A stretch of DNA of 64,000 bases from Octopus bimaculoides (Eukaryota). The notes under the pieces are model-generated. The model made no database searches. It was given only the letters and a program-made list of their open reading frames with translations, and was not told the DNA's origin. How positions within the stretch are numbered: the first letter of the stretch is position 1; every line of letters starts with the position of its first letter. The DNA is taken from the NCBI RefSeq assembly GCF_001194135.2, contig NC_068987.1, positions 79,476,604-79,540,603 of the forward strand, written 5' to 3'. The position numbers and the translations under genes are program-made. Shown in pieces: positions 26,420-39,792 of this stretch.

Positions 26420-26704
26420 ATATATTATAATGTTAGGGAATTACAAAATCCGAACTTACAAGGCAATACAATTTGATAATATCAAATTGAGTTGTATATT
26501 GAAAAATATTTTAATAATTTAGAGAAGAACCACCGTGGTGTAACTCGCACGAAGAAGGAGATCAGACACCATCAAGAAAAGCGTACTATATAAAACTAGT
26601 TTAAAAATCTAAAAAATCCAAGGGAGAATTTATAATACAAAAATCTATGAAATAATGGACTAAGAATTAAAATCGATTACGTTTAAGAAACGAAAGTGGG
26701 AGAA

Positions 26705-26806
26705 AGACTACGCGCGTTTCATGGCCACATAACAGTGGGAAATATCTGGTCAATTTACAATGGATCGAGCAAGATACCACCCAATATGAAGACACTCTTC
26801 AGGTCC
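26705..26806 (-). ncRNA. Candidate type I hammerhead-like motif (copy 2)
   Basis: Minus strand GGAC-CTGAAGA-G(~75-nt helix II region)T-GAAA-CGCGCG-TA-GTCT, with palindromic helix III ACGCGCGT and a 4-bp helix I. Confidence 0.45.
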
Positions 26807-27029
26807 GGTAACTTCTACAAACGTATCTTAAATTTAAAATGCATAAAATAAGAAATGCATAAAAATCTGTCCGTTTAAGCAACATTTAGTACAAAGGAAA
26901 TTATCAAGGTTTATAATAGAACACAACAAATAGCAATAAATATCTGTCAAATTTAAGGCATAAAACGTCTATTGGGGAGATAATATCTGTTGATAAGGAA
27001 AAGGATAAGGAAAATATATATTATTCTTT

Positions 27030-27225
27030 TATTCTTTTACTTGTTTCAGTAATTTGACTGCGGCTATGCTGCAGCACCACCACCTTTGTAAGCCTAGTAC
27101 TTATTCTGTTAGTCACTTATACCGAACCGCTAAGTTACGGGGACGTAAATGTACCAACATCGGTTGTAAAGCGATGGTGGTGGAACAAACACAGACACAC
27201 AAATACATATATACATACATGTATA
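27030..27225 (-). mobile_element. SINE family B, 3' half
   Basis: Near-identical to part of the 27931 copy; continues into (TA)n and a gap. Confidence 0.85.
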
Positions 27226-27262
<37 letters not shown>

Positions 27263-27471
27263 NNNNNNNNNNNNNNNNNNNNNNNNNNNNNNNNNNNNNN
27301 NNNNNNNNNNNNNNNNNNNNNNNNNNNNNNNNNNNNNNNNNNNNNNNNNNNNNNNNNNNNNNNNNNNNNNNNNNNNNNNNNNNNNNNNNNNNNNNNNNNN
27401 NNNNNNNNNNNNNNNNNNNNNNNNNNNNNNNNNNNNNNNNNNNNNNNNNNNNNNNNNNNNNNNNNNNNNNT

Positions 27472-27511
<40 letters not shown>

Positions 27512-27930
27512 CATTTGAATATATATGTGTGATGTAAATTGTTCAACTATTTTTCCATTACTTAATCTCCCATTGATATTAGAAAATGTATTAGTTTTTT
27601 TAAAGATCATTAATCAGAACTTGAGATACTTTTGGAATCCACACAAATCGGGTGATAAGGTTAGATGTAATTACGTTGACGTGCAATACGAATGAAAACC
27701 GTAGATGAGAAATATGTAACGCTGTTTAACACAGCCGTTTCATTTCTGATTTCGCATCCCACCAGCGTTTATTTTGTCTTGGATCACTGATCATCCCTAA
27801 CCAAATGTTCAAGTTGTATTGTGTATTAGCAGTGAATTCTCATCAGCTCAATCTCAATCACCTACAAACGTTTCATCGTATATCAAATGCATAGAATATT
27901 ATTTTATTAACGTTGAATTTTAATTGCTGT

Positions 27931-28310
27931 TACTCTTTTACTTGTTTCAGTCATTTGACTGTGGCCATGCTGGAGCACCGCCTTTAGTCGAGCAAATCGA
28001 CCCCAGGACTTATTCTTTGTAAGCCTAGTACTTTTTCTATCGGTATCTTTTTGCCAAACCGCAAAGTTACGGGGATGTAAACACACCAGCATCGCATGTC
28101 AAGCGATGTTGGGGGGACAAACACAGACACACAAACATATACACACACATACATACATATACATATATATGACAGGCTTCTTTCAGTTTCCTTCTACCAA
28201 ATTCACTCACAAGTGTTTGCTCGGCCCGAGGTTATAGTGGAAGGTGCCACGCAGTTCAGCTGAATCCGGGACCATGTGGTTCGTAAGCAAGCTACTTACC
28301 ACACAGCCAT
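27931..28310 (-). mobile_element. SINE family B, near full length (tRNA head, internal TA/TG tract, 3' body)
   Basis: Minus-strand head tggctgtgtggtaagtagcttgc...gttcagctgaac, and the body matches the 52866-53080 copy. Confidence 0.9.
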
Positions 28311-28739
28311 ATATTTTACTGTATTCTCTGATTCAATAGAGTATCTACACTTGTATAGATTGGTGGGTTTGAAATTTTGCGCTAAATAGATGTGATGTTC
28401 CCCATGTCATTAGATGTATATCAGCGATGGCCGTCTTTTGAAAGGCCTGTTTCGCGCTATGAGATAGACGACATTGTTTTGTAAGCAGTTCGCACTTGCA
28501 AGTGCTACCAGTCGAAAGCTCCGCATACCATAAGCCAGCAAGTGTATGGGGTCATCATGAGAGAATGCGCGCCGTTTCGGGGCCCACTTCTCAACGAAGA
28601 GTATGAATGTGACCCCAGAACTTCAAATAATAAATTATCACGTCCAATCGGTAGCAATTCCCCTAATACGTACTGCAACTCTACAACACACTCATGTTTA
28701 TATATATACATATATATATTTGCGTGAGCGCACGTGTGG

Positions 28740-28809
<70 letters not shown>

Positions 28810-28911
28810 ATAAGACAAAAGAATCAGAACTTGTCATACGCTGCAATGCACTCGTAGGTGAATAATTGTGTAACCTCCTTATACCTTCATCGGAGCTTAA
28901 AAAGTGAAGTG

Positions 28912-28946
<35 letters not shown>

Positions 28947-28948
<2 letters not shown>

Positions 28949-29325
28949 GAAATGTAATTTGAGAATCCCGCCTTTTACATGGATATATAATTGTGAGCAT
29001 ACATTATATAAGGGCCTCACGTAATTGCCTCACGCTGTAATGGGACTCTGAAATCAAACTACTTCTTTAATAAATATACACCGCACCGAAAGCGGGGGAA
29101 TGCAGCTTGGAAGCCACCTCTTAAAAACAGATTTATTCGCAAATCATTAATAATTTCATGGTTAGCGTACATAATACACTCTCCAATCATTAGTGCAAAC
29201 ATAATCAGAACACATAAAAATTAACATTTGTACAAACCAAGCAAACAGTAAACGTTTCCAACATAGTATATACAAATGCTCACATTTATCCATGTAAAAG
29301 GCGGGCTTCTCAAATTACATTTCGC
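28947..29325. mobile_element. MITE with ~50-bp TIRs and TA target duplication (Tc1/mariner superfamily, Tc2/pogo-like ends)
   Basis: TA-ccgaaatgtaatttgagaatcccgccttttacatggata versus tatccatgtaaaaggcgggcttctcaaattacatttcgc-TA. Confidence 0.85.
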
Positions 29326-29409
29326 TACACGTGTACAGTCGGAATAATTCAGCACTGAATATATTCCGGTTTGATTTTAAATAAAATATAAGAAAAAAAA
29401 AAAAAAACC

Positions 29410-29610
29410 CGGATCAATTTCCAACTGTTTGTTCAGTTCGCGAAGCGCATTCAGTCGTGACCGCTTTCGATCTTCGGTGAGCAAACCAGGCACAAATTTT
29501 CATTCGCAATTCGTCGCTCAAAATTCGTTGGCAAGTGCCCCAAGACACACCAGTCACATCCAGTTTGTGAATTGTTCGGTGACGGTCCTCTAAGACGTCT
29601 CTAAGCAGGG
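29410..29610 (-). mobile_element. Mariner transposase N-terminal (HTH) fragment
   Basis: RDVLEDRHRTIHKLDVTGVSWGTCQRILSDELRMK, then a frameshifted region resembling KFVP(R)LL... Confidence 0.75.
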
Positions 29611-30031
29611 ATGTGTATAAATACAAACATGATTCCAGTTCAAGTATGCTTGAGGCAATCTGGAACCCTTAAGAAAGCCATTCAATCTATATTGTCCCTA
29701 AAAAAATTTTTTACTGTAGGTGTGAATACATCGAGTAGTTCACTATGCTTCCCCACCTAACAGACTATTATATGCATGCATTTCGGAGTTGTTATATACT
29801 CTTCACCAGTAGAGCCCGGAAGGTCTGATACTGCGAACTCACTCGATAGGCAGGACCGTCTTATGATATTCCCGGCATCGTTCATTGACTTGCTGCGCTA
29901 TTTAGTGGCTCACCGTATGTAAAATACGGAGTGACAGCGCTAAACAGGGATGTGTATGAATAGAATCATGTTTCTAGTTCATGTATGCTAGAGGTATATT
30001 AGAACCGGTTAATATGTCTCTTCTAATTTTT

Positions 30032-30510
30032 GATTATTATAAATCTTCTACTGAGGAGGGATCTGATTTCCAACTAAGATACAAGGTTCCATCTTTGGGA
30101 TGTAGTTACACAGACAAATTCACATTTGGAACTTACATATTTTTACTGTTCCACTCACAGAATTCACTTGTAATGTACGAATTAGCCGGTCGATTTCTCT
30201 TTCTGAAGATCCCAGTTTATTCAGATTCTCCTTTAAGCATTTACTAACAAAACCTAGTGCTCCAATTATTATTAGTATGAATATGAATTCATAGCCTGGA
30301 TATAGAAGCTGGAGGCTTCGAAGCAGTTGTCCATTGATATCCTCTTTTTCTTCCCTTTTCAAAAAGATATTTATATCTGCAGAGCAGCTAACCTCTATGA
30401 TGGTACACACCTTTGTCCCTCTGTCCCAAACAACAATATCTGGCCTGTTATGCTTACATTTGACGGAAGCTTTTAATGGGAATATTCCACTAGTGTTCCT
30501 TGAGTTGGTG
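30032..30510 (-). mobile_element. 3' fragment of a divergent REL non-LTR retrotransposon
   Basis: ASVKCKHNRPDIVVWDRGTKVCTIIEVSCSADINIFLKREEKEDINGQLLRSLQLLYPGYEFIFILIIIGALG shows the RPD..E endonuclease motif. Stop at 30120, short UTR and a ttataataat end. Confidence 0.85.
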
Positions 30511-30546
30511 TGCGTATTTATGTATATGTGTTTGTATATATGTATG

Positions 30547-30595
<49 letters not shown>

Positions 30596-30656
30596 GCGCA
30601 TGTATGGATGTGCGCATGTGTGTATGTAGGCACGCATACATGCATGCATGTATGTA

Positions 30657-30838
30657 AGAGGAGGTGCTAAAAATGTCCTGGCTTTAAGCGTATCGGGAAA
30701 GGGGTGATTGGAGGCCCAACGTTCCGAGTTCTTAAAGTGTGTGAATCTGCGATGGGAATATTTTGAATAAAATCCTAATTAACTGATTCTTCTGTATTTT
30801 CTGTTAATCAAAATCGGGAACATTCCAGCACCTCCTCA
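30657..30838. mobile_element. Mariner-type MITE (same family as the 57910 copy)
   Basis: TIRs gaggaggtgctaaaaatgtcc / ggaacattccagcacctcctc flanked by TA. Confidence 0.85.
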
Positions 30839-31139
30839 TATGCATGTATGTTTGTTTGTATGTATGTATGTATGTATGTATGTATGTACATAATCCAAGA
30901 TATGATAATTGTAGAAATACATTTTACCGCTAAAATTAAGCTATTGGTATGGTATTTAAAGATTAGAATTTTGTGACAGGACCTAATAGATGACAACAAT
31001 GTTATTACGATTAAACTTATTTCAAAATTAATTAGAATAAATCGCTATATGTTTTTATTACAATATTTCCGTAATTTTGAGCATGGAAAATTTTAAAACA
31101 ATTAGAAAGCGATATCTTTATACATATATACACGCATAG

Positions 31140-31227
<88 letters not shown>

Positions 31228-32268
31228 GCGTTTGTGTGTGTGTATGTATATGTGAGTGCATATGGGTGTATTAAAATGTGGAAACCACAAGTGATTGGAT
31301 CATGTTGACACTATTGTTAATCATTATAACAAACAATCAAAGGACGAGTTACATGTCTCATTACGAAAACACATAATTTAATCCAATTAAAGCTATTAGC
31401 AACAATTAGCAGAACACACGCACACACAACCACACACATACACACAGAAACAACCATACACACACATGCACACACAATAAACACACATACATATATATGA
31501 TATCTGTAGTAATCGTATTTGCGAAAATTTGCATTTTATTATCAAGACACATATGCTCGAGGCAAATAGCAGTTACTATGTAAAAAAAAGAAGATAAAGA
31601 TGAAAAAACAAAAAAAACAAATAACATGAAATATACTCTGATGTAAAAAAGTCAATCAATATCGTAAATCAGAATATAATTGTTTGTTTAGTTACCAAGC
31701 TTTCTCTCCAACACCCCTCTTTCTCTCTGTGTCAGATTCACTTTCTCTCTCCTCAATCTGTACTTTGTGTACTCTTAGATGTTATTTCGCCTCCAGGTGA
31801 GCTTCGAAGTCTGATCAAGCAGAACTAAGATTAAGGTGTTCCAGTTGAATTCGTACTATCTTACTTTAACACAATCTATTTGCAACAGCTACGAAAGTTT
31901 ATGTTTTAGCGGAATTGAAATAAAATTATGGAGATTTGATACATATATGAAATTGTGGTATTTGATTACCACAATCCCAGGTCGGTCCTGAGTTTGGATC
32001 AAAGTATACCAGTGATAAACACCAACGCAGGAAGATCAATCCTAAAATATTTTATGATTGTACATGTTATGTCTCAAGGTACTGCTATCTAGCACCTTCA
32101 GATGATCTCTACTCAACCGCTACACAACTGCTACTCGACTGCTACTCAACACTCCTACCACGGTCAGATTACCTCTATTTATATGTCTTGGGAGATCCTA
32201 CTTCTTCGCCTGGAGGCGTCGACACAACAGTACAGTACTGCTAGCTGACCTGCCTACATTGCATTTTA

Positions 32269-32395
32269 CAGGGTGTCCACAAAGTCTGGGTACATGGAGT
32301 AAATAAAATCATAAGATAAACAATTAAATATAAGAAATAATAATTTCTTAAAGTATGTGTTAATCCTCATGTACACAGACTTTGTGGACACCCTG
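32269..32395. mobile_element. 127-bp Tc1-type MITE
   Basis: 28-bp TIR cagggtgtccacaaagtctgggtacatg (27/28 match) with TA on both sides. Confidence 0.92.
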
Positions 32396-32909
32396 TAGAT
32401 AGGCGGATCCGAAAGGAAAATACTGTGCGATGTAGCGGTCCTCTAAGGAGGGAGGAGAGTGGTCGCATAATTTTTTGAAATAGCAAACGATTCACGAAAT
32501 CACTGAACGTAAATAATGTGTAATGGTACTTCACTTGTGATTTTGACGTTGTAAATGCTGCTCTTGATCCGTTGCAATGCAACCATTGCAGGAAATTCAG
32601 AAACAGAGAGAATAGTAGAACACCTACATTCTAGAAAGGAAGGACCGGGTGTATTGATTATTTCGGGGACTCGGGTGTTAGACATAATATGGACGCTGAG
32701 TGTGAAGAGAGATAAATGGATCAGGAACGCATGAGTCGAGGGGGCATCCGCCTAGCCTATTCGTAGCAGTGGATGGCATTATATTTGCGGTGGAACGTAC
32801 AAAAAGGGGAGGGAGACTCTTCCCCCAGTCGGACAGTGATTGAATTCTGCTTGTGACTTGAAGTCAACCGGTGGCATGGTCAACCGGTGCGATATGTGTT
32901 GCTTGGATG

Positions 32910-33065
32910 AGTAGCGTGGCTAAACGGTTAAGGAGTTCGGCCCACAATCGTATGAGTTATAATACGGGCGGTGCGTTCTGTATTCGAGCAAAACACTTTA
33001 TTTCACGTTAACTCAGTTCACTCAGCTGGCAAAAATGAGTAGTACCTGTAATTCAAAGGGCCAGC
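32910..33065 (+). mobile_element. SINE family D fragment
   Basis: gagcaaaacactttatttcacg...cactcagctggcaaaaatgagtagtacctgtaattcaaagggccagc. Confidence 0.75.
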
Positions 33066-33480
33066 AAATTCCGGGTTGTGAAGAAATGCTGAAAAGAAAC
33101 ATTGTATTAACTAAGTATATCAATTTCCTATAAATCTTCTGGCAGACTCTATCAACATTTTCAGAATGCCATTTCTTATACTGAAGATATTTATTTCTCA
33201 CACGTATACAAAGGTACACACATACACACATTCAAACATAGCTGACGCTCACGCTAACTGGCATATGAGTGTAAATGAAGTAGGTACATATAGTATTCAT
33301 TGAAATAAAATATATTTATTTCGGATGTTTACGCTACGATGGTGTGTGATTCAGATGCGAGCTCATCACAAGGTTGTATCGATGACAGATTATTAAATCA
33401 TGGTTGATTATTCCCTTCCTCCGCAGTATGCTAAATTCTATCTCTTTCTCTCTCTCTCTCTCTCACACACACACGCATAC

Positions 33481-33513
<33 letters not shown>

Positions 33514-33601
33514 CACACACGCATACAAACACACACGCACGCCCACACAGACACATACACACACACACACACACACATAAATATATATACTTTTTTTCAC
33601 T

Positions 33602-33770
33602 GTTATTTGTTTCACTCATTTGACTGCGGCCATGCTGGAGCACTGCCTTTTGTCAAGCAAATCGACCCCAGCCATCATTCTTTGTAAGCGTAGTACTTAC
33701 TCTATCAGTCACACTTGAAGAACTGTTAAGTTACGGGGACGTAAACATGCCAGCATCGGTTGACAAGCGA
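33602..33770 (-). mobile_element. SINE family B, 3' part
   Basis: tttgactgcggccatgctggagcac...caaatcgacccca aligns with the other family B copies. Confidence 0.85.
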
Positions 33771-33891
33771 GAACAGCAGTGCAATGGGATATTGACGTTA
33801 ATACAGCTGTCGTATACCGTTGACGCTGCAGATATACTTCCGAAAGTACATAGATAAAAAACACACATACACACAGACAGACAAGCAGGCA

Positions 33892-33961
<70 letters not shown>

Positions 33962-35536
33962 GAAAGGTGAGAGTGAGGAATACGTAGCTTTAAAGAGAGA
34001 AGGGCTATGTGGCTTTTCTGCTGTCTATTACAAAGAAACGACAACACACAGACACACACATACATACAAATATATACATACATACGAACATACATACATA
34101 CGCATATCTACTATACACTATTTTCAACTCATGATTACCCGTGTGTACGTTTGTAATTGTGTGTATGTGTGTGCCTGTGTGTGTGTGTGCATGTGTGTCA
34201 CGTCCTATAACTGTCTGTTTCTCTACTTTTGTTGGGTCTTCCCAGTTGCTCTCACATATTGTGAAATTTTAAACTTATGCTAAAATTTTAAAATTTGGTA
34301 TACTGAAATAGTCCTCGACGTTAAATCCGATTTTATTATTTATTTGTTCCTAACATCCATTTGAGTTATAGGCAAATTGGATTTCAATAAAAATCTATAA
34401 GAATCTAAGTGCTCCAGCACCCCCTCCTAGGAAGGGAACTCTTGGGCTTGTTTACAAATCAGCTACGATAAGCTACGGCACGCGACAACGGCTGCTATAA
34501 TAATCCACATACGTTACCTATGATACATTAAAAGTAAGCTTGAATCTTGCTTGCTTGCAATGTTACTGAGCCAAACTGGCGCATAATGGGAAAACAACGA
34601 TGAATTAAATTGTCCGTGAAATGTGAATACGAACAGAATAAAACAAGTTTCGCGTAAATCGGAAAAGGGTTATTAAGATATTGGGAGTTTTGAGGTATAA
34701 ATATCCAAAATAGTGCAAATGGGAAAATAACTTAATCCTGAAAGGGAAGAAACTTTTACCATTCAATTAGACACAGTTTCTATTTTCGATTTTGTTAAAC
34801 ACAATATTTCTTAATTATTTAGAAATATTTTAAAGTGAATGTGATTTAAAGAATGTAAGTTGTTTGTACAGTGAGTATTTATATTTTAGCTTTCTTTAAA
34901 CAGATATCATTTTAATGTTTTTGAAATTATTTTCAAGTGAATACTATTACAGAAAACTTTTGGCATATTCTAAAAATATTTTAAAGTGTAAATGACTTTA
35001 AAACTATGATAAATATTCCGTAAAAGACCCGTTCGTAACAGTTAAACGGTCGATCACGTGAAATAAATATGACTAGGCCGTGATGCTTACACGGCTATTC
35101 AGCGATTTAGTTTCGATTTTTGGTACAATATTGCAGAATTTCCGACGTATTGACAATCTGGACGAAGGGGGATATTGGTCAGGCCTGGTCAGTGTGACGA
35201 TTATGAGAAATGATGCTGACAAAAATGAGTGTTGTGTATCCGAAGAGGCAAACGGTTTAAAGGGGAGAATAACGAGGAATAAAGAACGACAGTTTGAGAG
35301 CGATGGAGTTTGATAGAGCGTGGGATAATAGGGAAAGAGAGAGGGTGAAACAGAGCGAGTGGAGGACAGTGGGAAAGGTACAAGGTTGAGCAAAATAAAC
35401 ATAATGAGGGGGAAAATGGATAAAACAAAGAGTGTGAAAGATGGAAAGTGAGTGCAAGACGGTGCTAGAAAAACATAGTAAGAAGGAGAGAGAAGATAGA
35501 ATAAAGTGAGAAAAGATCGAATGAGTCAGAGCGGAG

Positions 35537-35606
<70 letters not shown>

Positions 35607-35950
35607 GTGTTTCTGTGCCATTGGTGGGCGTTTTTATAGATATTCTTTTGTTGCATTCTAACAAGGAACCTTTGTTTATACACACACACATATACATAGA
35701 TACATATGCGAGTACATATACATACATACATACATATATATATATGCGCGTGTGTGTGTGTGTGCGTGTGTGTTTGTATGTGTGTGTGTGTGTGCATGTG
35801 TGTGTGTATATATATGTATGTATATATATACATATAATTACGAATATATAAATACATAGATAGATAGATGGATATGTAAATATATACATATATGTTGTTC
35901 ATACCTATGTATGTGTATGTTTCCTTGCGTGAGTAAGGTAGTGTGTGTGT

Positions 35951-35996
<46 letters not shown>

Positions 35997-37129
35997 TACT
36001 GTTTACGTATATTTGTGTATTTTGATTCTATGTGATGGAACGCTACACAACCAGCCTTATCCCTTTCCCAAATCCAAATATTTTATAAATTGCTCTCTCC
36101 CATCGTTCCTAAACATTCCACTTTTGACTTGGAAAGTTCTAGCAAATTATTAAAAAAATAAGGGGAACCTACCATAATAATAACTAATTGGTCAACCATT
36201 TTTTCCTTATTATTTATTTATTTATTTATTTATATTTTGGCGATTAATAGCTGTTGAGAAATTCAGATAACTAATAGAAGAAACGTGGCAACAATCGTAA
36301 CTAATAATTGGTTAAATCTCAAAGTATGCTTGGCGCTGTCCCTCGGTTTACCAAATTTGGAACTGAGCCTAACTTAACAGGAACATTTTGGCCAATTAGT
36401 CATCAGGTAGATTTTAAACCGGAAAAAGTAAAGAAAAAAAGAGACAAGAGAAAGAAATGGGATAGTCAGACTAACAAACAAATATATAGATGGATAGGTC
36501 TTAATAGGAAGAGGAACTGAGAGTGAGAGAAAGAGTTAGATATTGGGAAAGAGAGAAACTAAGAGAAAGCGGGAGGAAGAGACTGAGGGTGTTTGTGTGT
36601 GTGTGCGTGTGTGTGCATGGTGAGACCAAATATAATGAAAAATATATGTATAAGAATGTGTGTCAGAAATGAATATAGAAATAAAACGAAAGAAATAGGG
36701 ATGGAGTGATGTATAGAGAAAAAAGCTATAGAGGTTATGTGTGTAAGCGTTGGAGTCTGTATATTTGTGTGAGAGTGATTCTCCGAGTGTCTGTGTGGAT
36801 ATGCGCGTGAGTGTGTGAGTGTGTGTGAGTATACGTATGAGAAAGAGAGGGAAAGGGCGAGAAAGAGAAATGGCTACGTTGCTGATAATTTGATAAATAG
36901 ATATGTAACAGAGAAATACATCTCTGAGAAAACTCCGAGAAATATATTTTTTTTACATGTTTCTTGTATTGCATGTGTGAGTATATATGTACACACATAC
37001 ACAGAGACACGCACAAACACACACACACGCACATATAGATACATGCATATGTATATGTATACATACATATACATATTCATAAATATATATGTGTGTGCGC
37101 GTGTATATGTGTGTGTGTCGTGTACACAA

Positions 37130-37169
<40 letters not shown>

Positions 37170-37171
37170 TC

Positions 37172-37255
<84 letters not shown>

Positions 37256-37346
37256 ATATATGCATTTATATATAAACATATAAATGAATATATATACGTA
37301 TACATACATACACATATGAATACATATATACAAATGAACATACATC

Positions 37347-37377
<31 letters not shown>

Positions 37378-37465
37378 ACATAACTACATAGATTTACACA
37401 CAGAGACACATAGACACAGATACAGACACAAGAAAACACACGCACACACACACACACACACACAT

Positions 37466-37561
<96 letters not shown>

Positions 37562-37969
37562 ACACGCACACATACACAGGCATATAGAATATTAGAAAGT
37601 GATGGTAAAAGACGGAGATTTACAGAAGTTTGCAGAGCTAGAGGCGATCATGTACGTTTAATGCAATGCATGGCCGGTATCTTTGAGAAAAAACTCGAAT
37701 GATGAGTGAGGTAATTGCTCATATACCTATTGATCTTTGGACGCAGCGAAATGTTTTTAGCAGTAAGATTCTCCAAGAAATCGTCTAAAAATACCAAAGT
37801 ACAAAAAAAAAAAAATAATAAATAAAAAAAAAATATTAATAATGTGAGAAATAGATATTATAGAAATATATAATTATTAATAACTGTATACAAATAATAC
37901 AAACTATGTTGTTACAAAAGCAATTAATAATGATACAATATAAATACTAATAAAAATAAAATCATAATA

Positions 37970-38290
<321 letters not shown>

Positions 38291-38620
38291 TCTATAATTC
38301 ATTTTCAAGCAATCATTTACTGGGAAACGCCAAATCGAAAAAGCACCATTAATTGCTGTGCTACAATAATCGTTGGAAGACTCTTTTATAGTTTCCATAT
38401 TAACATCTTGTTTGGTCGAGGAACGTAAAACACTAAACTCTTAATGTTCAAAGATGTGTTTGCTGTTTTATTTATCGTATTTTATTTATTCATGCATGTA
38501 TGTGTATGTATATATATATATATATGTATAAGTATATAATATAATATATGTATATACATATATATGAATATGTATATGTATATGTATATATATATATATA
38601 TAGATAGAGAATTAACATTG

Positions 38621-38659
<39 letters not shown>

Positions 38660-38775
38660 TGTGTATGTGTGTGTGTTGCCCAACTCAGCTTTTATCTCTG
38701 TATTTCATTTCTCGATGTTTTTACTTCCCAACATACACAAAATACAGGCCTATTGAGCTTGTATGTATGGATACA

Positions 38776-38818
38776 TACAGACATCCCGACACAGACATCC
38801 CGACACAGACATCCCGAC
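38776..38818 (+). repeat. 14-bp tandem repeat, 3 copies (acagacatcccgac)
   Basis: Read directly from the sequence. Confidence 0.85.
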
Positions 38819-39182
38819 AGACAGACACACAAACAAACACACACACAACCATATGTATATATATANNNNNNNNNNNNNNNNNNNNNNNNNNNNNNNNNNN
38901 NNNNNNNNNNNNNNNNNNNNNNNNNNNNNNNNNNNNNNNNNNNNNNNNNNNNNNNNNNNNNNNNNNNNNNNNNNNNNNNNNNNNNNNNNNNNNNNNNNNN
39001 NNNNNNNNNNNNNNNNNNNNNNNNNNNNNNNNNNNNNNNNNNNNNNNNNNNNNNNNNNNNNNNNNNNNNNNNNNNNNNNNNNNNNNNNNNNNNNNNNNNN
39101 NNNNNNNNNNNNNNNNNNNNNNNNNNNNNNNNNNNNNNNNNNNNNNNNNNNNNNNNNNNNNNNNNNNNNNNTATATATATAC

Positions 39183-39341
39183 ACGACAGTCTTCTTTCTA
39201 CCGAATCGACTCATAAGTCTTTGGTTGGCCCGAGCCTATAGTAATAAACACTTGCCCAAGGTGCCACGGAGTGGGACTGAACTGGGAACCATGTGGCTTG
39301 TTGGTTGGTAAGCTACTTACCACACAGTCACTCCTGCGCCT
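39183..39341 (-). mobile_element. SINE family B head
   Basis: Minus strand ggcgcaggagtgactgtgtggtaagtagc...gttcagtcccactccgtggcaccttgggcaagtg. Confidence 0.85.
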
Positions 39342-39364
39342 ATATCATTATGATATAATAGAAT

Positions 39365-39530
39365 AAGGCAGAGAGCTGGCAGATTCGTTTGCTCGTCGGG
39401 TCAAATAAGGCATTTCGTCTGTCTTGCGCTCTGAGTTCAAATTGCGTAGCATTTGAGCAGTTGGGTCGATGTAACCGCCTTCCTCTTCCTTGAAATTGCA
39501 GACCTTGCGCTAAAATTTGAAACCAATTTA
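39365..39530 (+). mobile_element. SINE family A, decayed
   Basis: gagctggcagattcgtt head, gagttcaaatt, gggtcgatgtaacc. Confidence 0.7.
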
Positions 39531-39562
39531 TATTAATGGATTAATAATATACAAGAATAACA

Positions 39563-39760
39563 TAAGGCGGTGAGCTGACAAAATCGTTACCGCTCCACAA
39601 ACAATGCTTTGTGGCATTTCTTCTGACTTCATGTTCTGAATTCAAATGTTCATCCTTTCATCTATTCAGGGGTCGATAAAAAAGAGTACTAGTTGAACCG
39701 TTTATCGACTTACCCCATTTTCCAAACATCGCTGGTCCTGTGCCAAAATTAGGAACTAAT
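39563..39760 (+). mobile_element. SINE family A, decayed
   Basis: aaggcggtgagctgacaaaatcgttac head and ggggtcgataaa core. Confidence 0.75.
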
Positions 39761-39792
39761 ATATAAGATTAGTATATATATATACATATAGT

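Noticed and set aside
27700-27850. Minus-strand CTGATGAG ... GAAAAC-hairpin-TTA hammerhead-like arrangement
   Set aside because: Helices I and II do not pair convincingly, the spacer is about 100 nt, and it shares no flanking words with the two stronger candidates.
32208-32217. GCC-N4-GGC, a possible AP-2 autoregulatory site
   Set aside because: A single short motif is expected by chance in 64 kb; there is no clustering or conservation evidence.
32640-32740. Possible RTE-type remnant (WTLSVKRDKWIRN)
   Set aside because: Too short, with no supporting motifs on either side.
36815-37702. 295-aa ORF, the longest ungapped ORF in the track
   Set aside because: Made of TA/CA dinucleotide repeats, which lack stop codons in that frame.
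38776-38818. Short direct repeats, considered as a CRISPR-like array
   Set aside because: No spacers, eukaryotic context; a simple tandem repeat.
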